From contig JADZEH010000032.1 of assembly GCA_020850635.1 (NCBI GenBank), positions 11,421 to 75,420 on the forward strand: a stretch of 64,000 bases of DNA, written 5' to 3'. Every line of letters begins with the position of its first letter. The stretch's first letter is position 1. Shown in pieces: positions 35,602 to 44,613 of the stretch. The translations under genes and the position numbers were made by a program. A model generated the notes under the pieces. The model saw only the letters and a program-made list of their open reading frames with translations, ran no database searches and was not told where the DNA came from. The stretch comes from Candidatus Doudnabacteria bacterium (GTDB lineage: Bacteria; Patescibacteriota; Doudnabacteria; UBA920).

Positions 35602-35999
35602 GCGGTTGTGTGGTAAAAATCATCTTTAGCTTCCTCGGGTTCGTTTAAACTATTGTAATCAATGGTGATTTCTTCGCCTGCTTTGATATCTCGTGCCGCA
35701 TACCATTTATAATCCTCGTCATTGATAGCGTTAGCATTACTTGAGTGATTAAGATACCAACCCACTGGCATAGCAGAGAAGTCTTTAGGACAAATAAGTT
35801 TGTTGCCACGATTCATACAGTAGTCTTGGAATATCGTTGGAACATCATTAGAGTTTCTTTCTAAAGACCTTAGTTCCATGGTGTCTTCTGGTCCAAATAG
35901 GGCAAGGTGAGTATCTTTGGAAATATCGTGTGTTGCAAAAACCCCTACACCATGTTGAGCGGGTTTTAAAAGAAAAGAAAATTCGTTGGTTGTATTCAT
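35598..35999 (-). CDS. SET-domain protein (putative protein lysine methyltransferase)
   Basis: 133 aa. It has the SET core motifs NHSSNANA (the NHSxxPN class) and EEITIDY (ELxxDY class). Its stop is coupled to the downstream DUF218 start. Confidence 0.65.
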   Translation of the reverse strand: MNTTNEFSFLLKPAQHGVGVFATHDISKDTHLALFGPEDTMELRSLERNSNDVPTIFQDYCMNRGNKLICPKDFSAMPVGWYLNHSSNANAINDEDYKWYAARDIKAGEEITIDYNSLNEPEEAKDDFYHTTA

Positions 36000-36055
36000 G
36001 CTGTTATAGTATCAAATTATAGGGGTCTTGAAAAAGAAAAATGCCCCGATTTGTA

Positions 36056-36781
36056 TCAGGGCGGAGTCGTCGTAGTGGCCAGTTCTTTCAGGGCTTTCTC
36101 TCGGTAAGCCTTAGCACCTTCTCGAAGATTATCGTAGTGATACTCGATCGGGTGGGTGATGATGTAAACAAGCCCTTGTTCGCCGTACTGTTTGATGATC
36201 GGGGCAACAATCCACCTACCTCCCATGTACGAATAATGGATATTGTCCCAGGCCAGATCTTCGGGCCCACTTGGTAGCCAGTTGAAGCCATATTGGTCAT
36301 CGTCCTTGTAGGGTGGCTGTCCTTTGTACTCAAAATAGGTTCCGACTCCTTCCGACCTGATCTTTACTGAGACTTTCTCTTTGATGGTCATGTATATGAC
36401 ACACTCGTAGTCGGGCCATGGTCGGTTAGCAGATCTTCTGCTAACTTGGTCCATCAGGGCGTGTCCAAGCTCATGATCGAGTAACGATATCTCTTTTCCA
36501 TATCGATGCATTGGAGCAAAGAGAAATGATTGAGTTTCTGGTAAGTAACACCCATCCCAATCACTTCTTTCAGACATGCTCAGGTCGTCTGGAAATCCGA
36601 ATGACACTCGTGGTTTCCAGTTGTCATCGAATTCGATGCAGTGAAGTTCTTCGATGACGGCCATCCGTTCTATCATCAAAGACTCCATGGCGTCCTCAGC
36701 TGATGCACGCTGTGTGGTTTGGCCAAGGCCCAGAGTAGACACACACAGGGCCAAGAACAGTGCGAAGAGTAGCTTGGGCAT
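36056..36781 (-). CDS. secreted HExxH zinc metallopeptidase-like protein
   Basis: 241 aa with a signal peptide (MPKLLFALFLALCVSTLGLG) and an HELGHALMD zinc-binding motif. GC is elevated at about 50%, with a GGAGGA SD. Confidence 0.6.
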   Translation of the reverse strand: MPKLLFALFLALCVSTLGLGQTTQRASAEDAMESLMIERMAVIEELHCIEFDDNWKPRVSFGFPDDLSMSERSDWDGCYLPETQSFLFAPMHRYGKEISLLDHELGHALMDQVSRRSANRPWPDYECVIYMTIKEKVSVKIRSEGVGTYFEYKGQPPYKDDDQYGFNWLPSGPEDLAWDNIHYSYMGGRWIVAPIIKQYGEQGLVYIITHPIEYHYDNLREGAKAYREKALKELATTTTPP

Positions 36782-36847
36782 GATTTCCTCCTGCCGTCGA
36801 GATTGGGGTTATCATAACAAAAAATCGCCTTGGGGGCGATTGTACTG

Positions 36848-36876
36848 TTGACTTTTATTCAGAAATATGGTACTAT
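36848..36876 (+). promoter_or_regulatory. sigma70-type promoter with an extended -10 for the small zinc-ribbon ORF
   Basis: TTGACT at 36848-36853, a 17-nt spacer, then TGgTACTAT with the -10 at 36871-36876. GGTGGAGG lies 5 nt before the ATG at 36905. Confidence 0.45.
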
Positions 36877-36904
36877 GAGCAAATCCTGACGGTGGAGGAA
36901 AGTC

Positions 36905-37072
36905 ATGCCACGAATTCATTCGGCGAATTGCCGCTTTTGCGGTTATCCGAACGACGTGACAGGGATGGCACGTGGTTACAAGTTCAGATGTGACTACTGC
37001 AATGGAAAAACACCAGTGCCGAAGTACGTCAGCGTCATGAAAGTCTCAAAGAAGTACAAGAAGAAAAAGTGA
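36905..37072 (+). CDS. small zinc-ribbon protein (55 aa), absent from the ORF track because it is under 60 aa
   Basis: MPRIHSANCRFCGYPNDVTGMARGYKFRCDYCNGKTPVPKYVSVMKVSKKYKKKK. It has two CxxC pairs (CRFC...CDYC), a basic tail, and a clear promoter and SD. Confidence 0.45.
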   Translation: MPRIHSANCRFCGYPNDVTGMARGYKFRCDYCNGKTPVPKYVSVMKVSKKYKKKK

Positions 37073-37174
37073 CGTTAGCTTCGGCCGTTAGTCATCGAAT
37101 CAGAGGGGGACATAGTTTCGAATCAACGAAGGATGGTATACAGACTCGCGGCGCCAAACGGTTCCGCGGTCTTT

Positions 37175-37480
37175 TTATATATTAAGTCCTAAAGCTAGAA
37201 CAATCAAAGCAAAAACTATTAGCCAACCAATCGTGTAAATAAAGAGCTTGATAGCTTCTACCTTTTGTCCCTCAACGTACATTAATATTGGCTTACCCAG
37301 GACTAGTCCGCTGGTGATAGAAGCAGAAATAACAAAGACTAACAAAAATGCAATGGGGGCAAACATGTTATTTATCGTACCAAAGATTTTTTCGCCATTT
37401 AGCATAAGAGTTACTAGTGTTGCTACGTAAGCTCCAGTGCCTAAAGCATTTAAGAAACTGCGTTTGATAAGTTTTTTCAT
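37175..37480 (-). CDS. small membrane protein (3 TM)
   Basis: 101 aa and hydrophobic. It is preceded on the minus strand by an extended -10, TGTTATAAT. Confidence 0.45.
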   Translation of the reverse strand: MKKLIKRSFLNALGTGAYVATLVTLMLNGEKIFGTINNMFAPIAFLLVFVISASITSGLVLGKPILMYVEGQKVEAIKLFIYTIGWLIVFALIVLALGLNI

Positions 37481-37518
37481 ATGGTTAAATTAATTATAGT
37501 AGTATTATAACAAAAATT

Positions 37519-37923
37519 TTATTCTGCTAGCAGATCGTGGGGGAAATAGTTTGCGACTGGACGTTCGTTTAAAGTACCAAATCCGCAACCACCAGCTACA
37601 GGATCTGTAAGCACAACGCCGTTATTAACGGCAGTGACGGGTTCGTCAGTATGCCAGTGCTTTTCTGGACAGCCGGGGCCATCAGCGTGCTTAGGGTGAG
37701 GTTCACCAATGCGTAATTTATTGATCAACAAGTAATTGCCTTCATAGTCGATAATTTCAACAGCTTTACCGTCGCTAAAATCAACCCCGTGTTGGACCAT
37801 GCTTTTTACGGCTGGGGTTGGTTGTTCTGTCGATTCAACTCCCTTTTTGGAATTTGAAAAATAGATTATGCCAAGGATGATAATTACAACCAAGGGCATA
37901 AAAATCAATAGCATTTTTCTCAT
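37519..37923 (-). CDS. secreted/anchored hypothetical protein, possibly metal-binding
   Basis: 134 aa with an N-terminal TM/signal and a His/Cys-containing segment HPKHADGPGCPEKHWHTDEP. It is adjacent to the copper operon. Confidence 0.45.
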   Translation of the reverse strand: MRKMLLIFMPLVVIIILGIIYFSNSKKGVESTEQPTPAVKSMVQHGVDFSDGKAVEIIDYEGNYLLINKLRIGEPHPKHADGPGCPEKHWHTDEPVTAVNNGVVLTDPVAGGCGFGTLNERPVANYFPHDLLAE

Positions 37924-38098
37924 AGTTGTTTTTTAATGTCGTAGATTAATTGGTTTGATTATAACAAAAACGAGCCTAGTTTACGAGATTTTTTATTGAG
38001 CCGCTCCTTAAGCTGGGGAATGGAGGATTTGGGAATAGAAACCAGAAATAATCCAAAAGGACTTGACAGATACCCCCAGGGGGGTATAGACTTGAAAT

Positions 38099-38365
38099 AT
38101 GATAAATCCCAACAAAGAAAAGCTTGTACGCAGGCTCAAAATTATTGAAGGTCAAATTCGAGGTCTTCAAGACTTGGTAAACAAAGATACTTATTGTATC
38201 GACGTTATCACTCAAACTTCTGCAGTTAAACAAGCCTTAACTAACGTCGAGGATATTTTAATGGAAAGTCATTTAAGTACTTGTGCTATTGATCAGGTTA
38301 AAAGTGGTCAAGAGAAAAAAGCTATTGCTGAAATTTTGAAAGTCTACCGCGTAAAACGAAAGTAA
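38099..38365 (+). CDS. csoR: CsoR/RcnR-family metal-sensing transcriptional repressor
   Basis: 88 aa with the DUF156 pattern RLKIIEGQIRGLQ..V......C.DVI.Q..AV..AL......L...HL..C. It lies directly upstream of copA. Confidence 0.75.
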   Translation: MINPNKEKLVRRLKIIEGQIRGLQDLVNKDTYCIDVITQTSAVKQALTNVEDILMESHLSTCAIDQVKSGQEKKAIAEILKVYRVKRK

Positions 38366-38392
38366 TTTATCTAATTTTAAATAGTTAAAATT

Positions 38393-40714
38393 ATGGAAAA
38401 TTCACAAACGTATCGAGTTAAAGGAATGCACTGCGCATCTTGTGCTGGTATTATTGAGAAAACACTGAAGAAAACAGCAGGAGTAGATTCGGTGGAAGTT
38501 AATTATGGTACTGAAACTTGCAAGATTGCATTTGATGAAAATAAAATCAATCCCCAAGACCTTTCTCAGAAAATTGAAAAGTTTGGATACTCTTTGGCTA
38601 CGCCAGCAGAGCAGGGGATGAACCATGAGATGACCGCAGAACAAATGGGTCATAGCCCATCAGAGCATGCCGAGCATTTAGGTTTGAATCAATCAAAAGA
38701 AGAAAAGCTTGCTGAGCTCAAAGATTTAAAGTATAAAATTATTTCTGTAATCCCATTAGCGGTTTTTAGTATCGTGTTAATGAGTTGGGATATTTTAGTG
38801 CAGTTTGGGTATGTCGGAGAAATGTCTTACACGATGAAAGAGTTTTTCCATCATCTCTTGCCAATTTTCGCGACTTATACTTTGTTTGTGGTAGGCAAAC
38901 CTTACTTACTTGGTTTTTATCGATTTCTTCGATACGGAGTTGCTAATATGGAAAGTTTGATTGGGATTGGGACTACGGCCGCATTTGTCTACAGTTTCGC
39001 TGTCACTGCTTTTGAAGAAGTCCTAGCTCCTTACCTTAACGTTGAACACACATACTATGATGTCACGATTGTTGTCATCGCTTTTATTACTCTAGGTAAA
39101 TACCTTGAAGTTCGTTCCAAGATGAAAACTGGTGATGCAATTGAGCAATTACTTAATCTTCAAGCAAAAACCGCGTTAGTAATTCGTGATGGAAAAGAGA
39201 TCGAAATTCCAGCTGACCAGGTTGTGATCGGAGATTTAGTTGTTGTTAAGCCGGCTGGGAAGTTACCAGTAGACGGTATCATTACAGACGGATCGTCCTT
39301 TGTAGATGAGGCCATGGTAAGCGGAGAACCCATTCCAGTGGAGAAACAGGTTGGTGACAAGGTTGTAGCCGGGACGGTTAATACTAGCGGTACGTTTACT
39401 TTTAAAGCTACTGGTGTTGGTTCTGAAACTTTACTTGCCCATATTGTCAAAATGGTTCAGGAAGCCCAAGGCAGCAGGGCACCAATTCAGGCTTTGGCAG
39501 ATAAAATTTCTGCGGTGTTTGTGCCGATAGTGATTGTCTTGGCATTTGTTTCACTAGGGCTATGGTTAGTGATTGGTACTCAGTATCTTGGCTTTTCCCA
39601 AGCCTTATCGTATGGTTTAGTTTCCTTTGTTGGGATTCTAGTTATTGCTTGTCCTTGTGCTTTGGGTTTGGCTACGCCAACGGCAATTATTGTCGGTGTT
39701 GGCAAAGGTGCTAAAGAAGGCATCTTAATTAAAGATGCAGGTACACTACAAAAGTTACATAAAGTAAATACTGTGGTGGTTGATAAAACAGGCACTATAA
39801 CAAAAGGAAAACCAGAATTAGGAGCTATTAAGAATTACTCTGCTGAAAGCGATAATGATCTGATTGCAATTCTAGCAACTTTGGAAAATAAATCTGAACA
39901 TCCAATTGCTCACGCAGTAGTCCAATACGCTAAAGCACATTCTGTGGAACTATTAAAACTAGATAAATTTGAAGCGATTAAAGGTAAGGGTTTGCGAGGA
40001 GTGGTAGCTGGAGAAGAATATTTTGCTGGTAGTTTGAAGTTAATTTCTGATTTAGGTTTAGAATTTAATTCTGCCGAAATTGAATCGGAAACACTTACTG
40101 GTAAAACTCCTGTGGTTTTGGCGACTAAGACTGGTGTGGTGGGTGTGGTGTTCGTGGCAGATCCAATTAAGCCAGAAGCAGTGGCCGCGGTTGCAAAGCT
40201 TCATCAGCTTGGTATAGATGTTGTTATGCTTACCGGTGACAACAAAAATACAGCAGAATTTATTGCAAAACAGGTTGGTATTGATCAAGTCCAAGCAGAG
40301 GTGTCGCCTGAAGATAAATTGAACAAGATAAAAGCACTGCAAGCTGAAGGTAAAATAGTCGCAATGGCAGGGGATGGTGTGAATGACGCACCGGCACTCG
40401 CGCAAGCCGATGTTGGTATCGCTATGGCAACTGGTACAGACGTTGCTATTGAAAGTGCTGGAATCACCTTGCTTCATGGTGATATCAGTAAACTAGTAAA
40501 AGCAATTCGCTTGTCTAAATTAACCATGCGTGGGATTAAGCAGAATTTGTTTTGGGCGTTTTTCTACAATGTTGTTGGTATACCGCTAGCAGGTGGGGCT
40601 TTCTTCCCATTGTTTGGGTGGTTATTAAATCCAATTTTTGCTGGACTGACTATGGCCTTTTCTAGTGTTTCGGTGGTCGCCAACTCACTGCGATTAAAAG
40701 TTAAGAAATTATAA
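38393..40714 (+). CDS. copA: copper-translocating P1B-type ATPase
   Basis: 773 aa. It has an N-terminal HMA domain (GMHCASCAG), a CPC transmembrane metal site ([11 protein letters not shown]), the phosphorylation motif DKTGTITKG, and hinge motifs [10 protein letters not shown] and MLTGDN. Confidence 0.9.
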   Translation: MENSQTYRVKGMHCASCAGIIEKTLKKTAGVDSVEVNYGTETCKIAFDENKINPQDLSQKIEKFGYSLATPAEQGMNHEMTAEQMGHSPSEHAEHLGLNQSKEEKLAELKDLKYKIISVIPLAVFSIVLMSWDILVQFGYVGEMSYTMKEFFHHLLPIFATYTLFVVGKPYLLGFYRFLRYGVANMESLIGIGTTAAFVYSFAVTAFEEVLAPYLNVEHTYYDVTIVVIAFITLGKYLEVRSKMKTGDAIEQLLNLQAKTALVIRDGKEIEIPADQVVIGDLVVVKPAGKLPVDGIITDGSSFVDEAMVSGEPIPVEKQVGDKVVAGTVNTSGTFTFKATGVGSETLLAHIVKMVQEAQGSRAPIQALADKISAVFVPIVIVLAFVSLGLWLVIGTQYLGFSQALSYGLVSFVGILVIACPCALGLATPTAIIVGVGKGAKEGILIKDAGTLQKLHKVNTVVVDKTGTITKGKPELGAIKNYSAESDNDLIAILATLENKSEHPIAHAVVQYAKAHSVELLKLDKFEAIKGKGLRGVVAGEEYFAGSLKLISDLGLEFNSAEIESETLTGKTPVVLATKTGVVGVVFVADPIKPEAVAAVAKLHQLGIDVVMLTGDNKNTAEFIAKQVGIDQVQAEVSPEDKLNKIKALQAEGKIVAMAGDGVNDAPALAQADVGIAMATGTDVAIESAGITLLHGDISKLVKAIRLSKLTMRGIKQNLFWAFFYNVVGIPLAGGAFFPLFGWLLNPIFAGLTMAFSSVSVVANSLRLKVKKL

Positions 40715-40718
40715 ATCC

Positions 40719-41741
40719 ATGAATAAAACCTACACCTTTCATGTTAAGGGGATGCACTGTAAAGCTTGCGTGTTAATGATTGATAGTGAGTTAGAAGATT
40801 TGCCGAATGTAGAGAGTGTTAGCGCAAGCCTCCAAAAACATCAGGTTGAAGTGAGTGGTGATTTTGGTGAAAAAACCCCTGAGCAAATTGCAGAGGAGTT
40901 AAGTCTTCCACTCGCAAATCGTGGTTATAATCTCACCGTTGAAAAGCATGCCACGAAAAAGAATTGGTCAGAATTTATTTATGCGGTGCCAATTGCTGCA
41001 GTCTTCGCTCTGTTGTTCGTGTTGTTGCAAAAATCTGGAGTTGTAAATTTAGTAGATGCTAGTGAAATGTCTTACGGCACTGCGTTTTTAATTGGCGTGA
41101 TCGCTTCGGTTTCTACTTGTATGGCAGTGGTTGGTGGGCTAATTCTTTCCATGTCCGCCAGTTATGCAAAAACAGGTGACACGATGAAACCTCAAATTTT
41201 ATTTCACATTGGCCGAATCGTATCTTTTTTTAGTCTTGGTGGAATTATTGGGGCGATAGGTTCAGCTTTTGCATTGAATCAAGCAAGCACCTTTGTTCTA
41301 GGCTTAGTAATCGGTCTTGTGATGTTAGTGCTCGGTCTTAATTTGTTAGAAGTATTTCATTTTACCAAGAAACTTCAACCAGCTATGCCCAAGTTTATCT
41401 CTAGGCATGTTATGGGAATTTCGAAGTTTAATCATCGCTTTACGCCAATCGTGGTAGGTGTCGCGACCTTCTTCTTACCCTGTGGATTTACTCAATCCAT
41501 GCAGATTTATACTTTATCAACTGGTAACTTTTTAAGTGGTGGTTTGACGATGCTAGCTTTTGCTTTAGGAACCTTGCCGGTATTGGCATTGATCAGTTTT
41601 AGCTCTTTCAGCATCAAAAATAGTTCGAAGTCAGGAATATTCTTCAAAACTGCAGGTTTGATAGTTATATTATTTGCGTTATTTAATCTCATCAGCAGTT
41701 TTGTCGCAATTGGCTGGATACAACCTGTATTTAATTTTTAA
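40719..41741 (+). CDS. HMA-domain protein fused to a polytopic membrane domain (DsbD/CcdA- or TauE-like)
   Basis: 340 aa. The N-terminal HMA domain has GMHCKACV, and a 6-TM hydrophobic domain follows. Confidence 0.6.
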   Translation: MNKTYTFHVKGMHCKACVLMIDSELEDLPNVESVSASLQKHQVEVSGDFGEKTPEQIAEELSLPLANRGYNLTVEKHATKKNWSEFIYAVPIAAVFALLFVLLQKSGVVNLVDASEMSYGTAFLIGVIASVSTCMAVVGGLILSMSASYAKTGDTMKPQILFHIGRIVSFFSLGGIIGAIGSAFALNQASTFVLGLVIGLVMLVLGLNLLEVFHFTKKLQPAMPKFISRHVMGISKFNHRFTPIVVGVATFFLPCGFTQSMQIYTLSTGNFLSGGLTMLAFALGTLPVLALISFSSFSIKNSSKSGIFFKTAGLIVILFALFNLISSFVAIGWIQPVFNF

Positions 41742-41755
41742 TTTAGAGTATTCTT

Positions 41756-42229
41756 ATGAAGAAGTGGAAATTAAAACATCAGTACAAAATGGAACAACCA
41801 GTAGAAAATAATAAAAAAACTATTGCCGTATTAGTCTCAATTACGGTGCTTGTTATTGGCCTATTTGGAATGATAATATTTCTTAGTAAAGATAAGTCAA
41901 ATCCTAGTAGTTCTAATCAAACAAAATCAGAAACTTCAGTGAATAATGTATCTATTATAGACGGCAAACAAGTTATTGAAATTTTTGCTAAGGGAGGATA
42001 TTCTCCCAAGCAAAGCGTTGCTAAAGCGGGTGTACCCACGATTCTAAAATTTAAAACCAATGGAACTTACGATTGCTCTTCTTCATTACGAATTCCTAGT
42101 TTGAATATCAGTAAAAATTTGCCAGGCACAGGTGAGACAGAGATTGAGATTGGACCGCAGGAAGTAGGAAAATTTGCAGGAACTTGCAGCATGGGCATGT
42201 ATTTTTTTGAAATCAATTTTCAAGCCTAG
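41756..42229 (+). CDS. membrane-anchored cupredoxin-like protein
   Basis: 157 aa with an N-terminal TM helix. The C-terminal beta-domain has the motif Cys...Met (GTCSMGMYFF), which resembles type-1 copper sites. This reading is tentative. Confidence 0.45.
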   Translation: MKKWKLKHQYKMEQPVENNKKTIAVLVSITVLVIGLFGMIIFLSKDKSNPSSSNQTKSETSVNNVSIIDGKQVIEIFAKGGYSPKQSVAKAGVPTILKFKTNGTYDCSSSLRIPSLNISKNLPGTGETEIEIGPQEVGKFAGTCSMGMYFFEINFQA

Positions 42230-42247
42230 CTAAGTACTATTAAAAAA

Positions 42248-42271
42248 ATCGCCAGAAGGGCGGTTTTTTTT
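42248..42271. terminator. bidirectional intrinsic terminator
   Basis: A7 + CGCCAGAAGGGCG + T8. Confidence 0.7.
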
Positions 42272-42272
42272 G

Positions 42273-42301
42273 TGGGGTCGCATAGTGGAGGATGTTCGCA
42301 C
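42273..42301 (+). repeat. conserved 29-nt intergenic motif, copy 1 (TGGGGTCGCATAGTGGAGGATGTTCGCAC)
   Basis: Near-identical copies occur at 46891-46919 and 49564-49592. Each is directly adjacent to an intrinsic-terminator hairpin, and all three are in the same orientation. Confidence 0.7.
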
Positions 42302-42374
42302 TGCGGTTATGTCGATAATTTAATTTAGGAAGCCATATTATTTAATTCTTTTAGGGAGGGTGGTTTATAATGAT

Positions 42375-42403
42375 TTGACATGTACAGAAGAACGGTGTAT
42401 TGT
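42375..42403 (+). promoter_or_regulatory. candidate promoter of the 42469 operon
   Basis: TTGACA at 42375-42380, a 17-nt spacer, then TATTGT at 42398-42403 preceded by TG. The SD AAAGGAGG lies upstream of the TTG start. Confidence 0.4.
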
Positions 42404-42468
42404 ACAAAGATTTCTCAGTTATATAGGATATAACGAGAAGTTAGGTTGCTGAAAAGGAGGAAAAACCC

Positions 42469-42954
42469 TTGGAAAAGTTATATTTTACCAAGAAAGGGTA
42501 TGTATCGCTCAGGCAAAAAGGGCTTGAAATGGAAAAGAAGCTTTCTGAGTTGCAAGCTCAAACGGCGCACGTAGCTGACGTTGGGGGTAATCAGTATCAT
42601 GATAATTCATCCTATGAGATGTTAATTATCGATATACGAGCTGCGGACTTCCAATTGAAGCAAATACGCAACACCCTAAACAAGGCGGTAATCGTCGAGC
42701 TTCCCAGGGATAACTCGTTTGTTACTTTAGGGACTCGTGTAACCTGTGTAGTCAACGGCGAGACCAGAGTTTACACAGTAGTGGGCTATGAGGAATCGAA
42801 CCCAGAAAAAAATCGAATTGCCTACAATACTCCACTAGCCAAACTGATGTTGCGTTGCGCAGTGGGGGATGAGATAGAAGGGTCTATTTCTGGGAGACCT
42901 GTTTGCATTGAGATACTGAAAATCGAGGTCTTAGAGGAGGAAGGTGATGCATAA
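42469..42954 (+). CDS. GreA/GreB-family protein (Rnk-like regulator, nucleoside-diphosphate-kinase regulator type)
   Basis: 161 aa. It has an N-terminal coiled-coil segment and a C-terminal FKBP-like GreA domain (VVGYEESNPEKNRIAYNTPLAKLMLRCAVGDEIEG). Confidence 0.6.
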   Translation: MEKLYFTKKGYVSLRQKGLEMEKKLSELQAQTAHVADVGGNQYHDNSSYEMLIIDIRAADFQLKQIRNTLNKAVIVELPRDNSFVTLGTRVTCVVNGETRVYTVVGYEESNPEKNRIAYNTPLAKLMLRCAVGDEIEGSISGRPVCIEILKIEVLEEEGDA

Positions 42955-43507
42955 GATTGTGTGTCTAACAGGACCATCTGGAGTAGGAAAGACATCCTAT
43001 GCAAAGAGGTTGTGTCACATGAAAGGGTTTTCTGTACCAAGGGTCGCCACAACCAGACAGAGACGTGCTGATGACGGACCACAGTATGTATATGTTTGCA
43101 GGGATGTGTTTCTTAGAATGGTGGGCGATTCAACGTTTATTGAGCACGATGCATATTTGAGCTATTATTATGGGACTTTCAGAGAAGATGTAATTAGCCC
43201 CGTAATAGGTTCTCAAGCAGTTGTGCTTGATCTCACTCCGAGAGGTGTTGAGCAGGTAGTTCGAGTAATTCCTGATGCCATCGTGATTGTTATCCAGCCT
43301 GACGATCCTACCTGGTTGTTGACTCGATTGAGAGAACGTGGTACTCAAGAGGAGTCAGAGATTCTTGATAGGCAGAAAAACCTGATTGAATTTCTCAAAC
43401 AACTCGATAGACTTCCAGGCACGAGAGTGAGCGCTAGTTACAGCCCAAGTTCTTGGGACCAAACGTTCCAGGAAATTCTTGACTCAATCGGGGTGGTAAC
43501 TTTTTAA
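42944..43507 (+). CDS. guanylate-kinase-like P-loop kinase
   Basis: 187 aa. P-loop GPSGVGKTS. The Gmk-like blocks are ATTRQRRADDGPQYVYVCRDVF ... FIEHDAYLSYYYGT. It overlaps the upstream gene by 11 nt. Confidence 0.6.
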   Translation: MMHKIVCLTGPSGVGKTSYAKRLCHMKGFSVPRVATTRQRRADDGPQYVYVCRDVFLRMVGDSTFIEHDAYLSYYYGTFREDVISPVIGSQAVVLDLTPRGVEQVVRVIPDAIVIVIQPDDPTWLLTRLRERGTQEESEILDRQKNLIEFLKQLDRLPGTRVSASYSPSSWDQTFQEILDSIGVVTF

Positions 43508-43535
43508 AGGAAACCACCCCATACAATTTTATTAT

Positions 43536-44276
43536 ATGAATACCATAGAATCTATAGAAAATTTAATAAATGAAAAGGGTTTTAAAGTTGACAGGAAGGA
43601 TTTAGAAAATATATGGAACAAGGTTTGGAAAGGTATCGAGCCTGATAATTATTCAAGTTTACGTTTATATAAAACTTTGGATAAAGTAAGAAATATTGAA
43701 AATTTAGGAGTGGATTTTACAAATAAAAATATTTTAGATATTGGTTGTGGTGATGGGACTTTGATTAAATACCTAAGTAGTAAATATCAGGCTCAGTGTG
43801 TTGGAATTGATATTTCTAAAGATGTGATAAATCAAAATAAAGAAAAAAGTCTTATTAACGTACAATTTTCTATTGGCGACCATAGAGATCTTAGAGATTT
43901 TGAGTCAGAAACATTTGATCTAGTAATTAGTTTAGGTGTGGTTGAACATTTTCAAGAATACGGCTTAGCTTTGTCTGAAGCTAGGAGGGTATTAAAAACT
44001 GGGGGGAAGCTTATTTTAATACAACCTCATCTATTATCGTTTGGTGTTATCCAAGAGTTTTTGTTAAGATTAACTCAAAAATGGAAGTTTGGTAAACAGT
44101 ATGATTTTAGTTATTTCTATTATCGAAAACTATTAAAAATTTTAGGTTTTAGATTTATTCAAACGCAAACACAACCACCCTATTTTGATATGAGGGTGGT
44201 AAGAACGTTAGATATTCTTATAAAAAGATTCATCGTTAGTTGGGGACACTATCTATATATAATTGCTCAAAAATAA
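43536..44276 (+). CDS. class I SAM-dependent methyltransferase
   Basis: 246 aa. Motif I is ILDIGCGDGTL, with an acidic residue at the end of beta-2 (GIDIS) and motif IV LVISLGVVEH. It is very AT-rich. Confidence 0.7.
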   Translation: MNTIESIENLINEKGFKVDRKDLENIWNKVWKGIEPDNYSSLRLYKTLDKVRNIENLGVDFTNKNILDIGCGDGTLIKYLSSKYQAQCVGIDISKDVINQNKEKSLINVQFSIGDHRDLRDFESETFDLVISLGVVEHFQEYGLALSEARRVLKTGGKLILIQPHLLSFGVIQEFLLRLTQKWKFGKQYDFSYFYYRKLLKILGFRFIQTQTQPPYFDMRVVRTLDILIKRFIVSWGHYLYIIAQK

Positions 44277-44613
44277 TATGGAAATTTCAAAAGCCCAAGA
44301 AAATTTAAAATCTTTATTATCAAGGGTCGCTTACCCTAGAATCGGCACAATTATTGGATTACAAGAAGAGGTCGGAAAGCTTTCTAAGGTTATCATGGAT
44401 ATCGAAATTTATAATAGGGAATTAAATAAAGCAGAGTTGGACAAGAGATGTGCTAATGTCTTTGTTGCTGTTATGGATATGTGTAATTCTTATGATATAG
44501 ATTTGGAGTTAGTTATAGAAAAACGTATAGAAGAAGTTAATTCTAAAATAAAAATGTGGGAAAGTCAGTACGGTGAAGAGTTAAGAAACAAAAGAGAAAG
44601 ATTCGATGAATAG
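44263..44613 (+). CDS. MazG-like nucleoside triphosphate pyrophosphohydrolase (small all-alpha NTP-PPase)
   Basis: 116 aa. It has the EExxE/K motif in helix 1-2 (GLQEEVGKLSKVIMDIE) and a second acidic cluster (DMCNSYDIDLE). The start overlaps the upstream stop. Confidence 0.55.
   Translation: MLKNNMEISKAQENLKSLLSRVAYPRIGTIIGLQEEVGKLSKVIMDIEIYNRELNKAELDKRCANVFVAVMDMCNSYDIDLELVIEKRIEEVNSKIKMWESQYGEELRNKRERFDE

Noticed and set aside
39160-40477. Several 60-140-aa minus-strand ORFs inside copA
   Set aside because: They are antisense to a complete P1B-ATPase with all catalytic motifs, and their amino-acid composition looks like frame-shadow artefact.
42273-42301. The conserved 29-nt motif as the 5' half of a tRNA (GGGGTCGCATAGTGGAG resembles an acceptor/D-arm)
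   Set aside because: The three copies diverge completely after about 30 nt. No anticodon or T-arm can be formed, and there is no GTTCGA-type T-loop.
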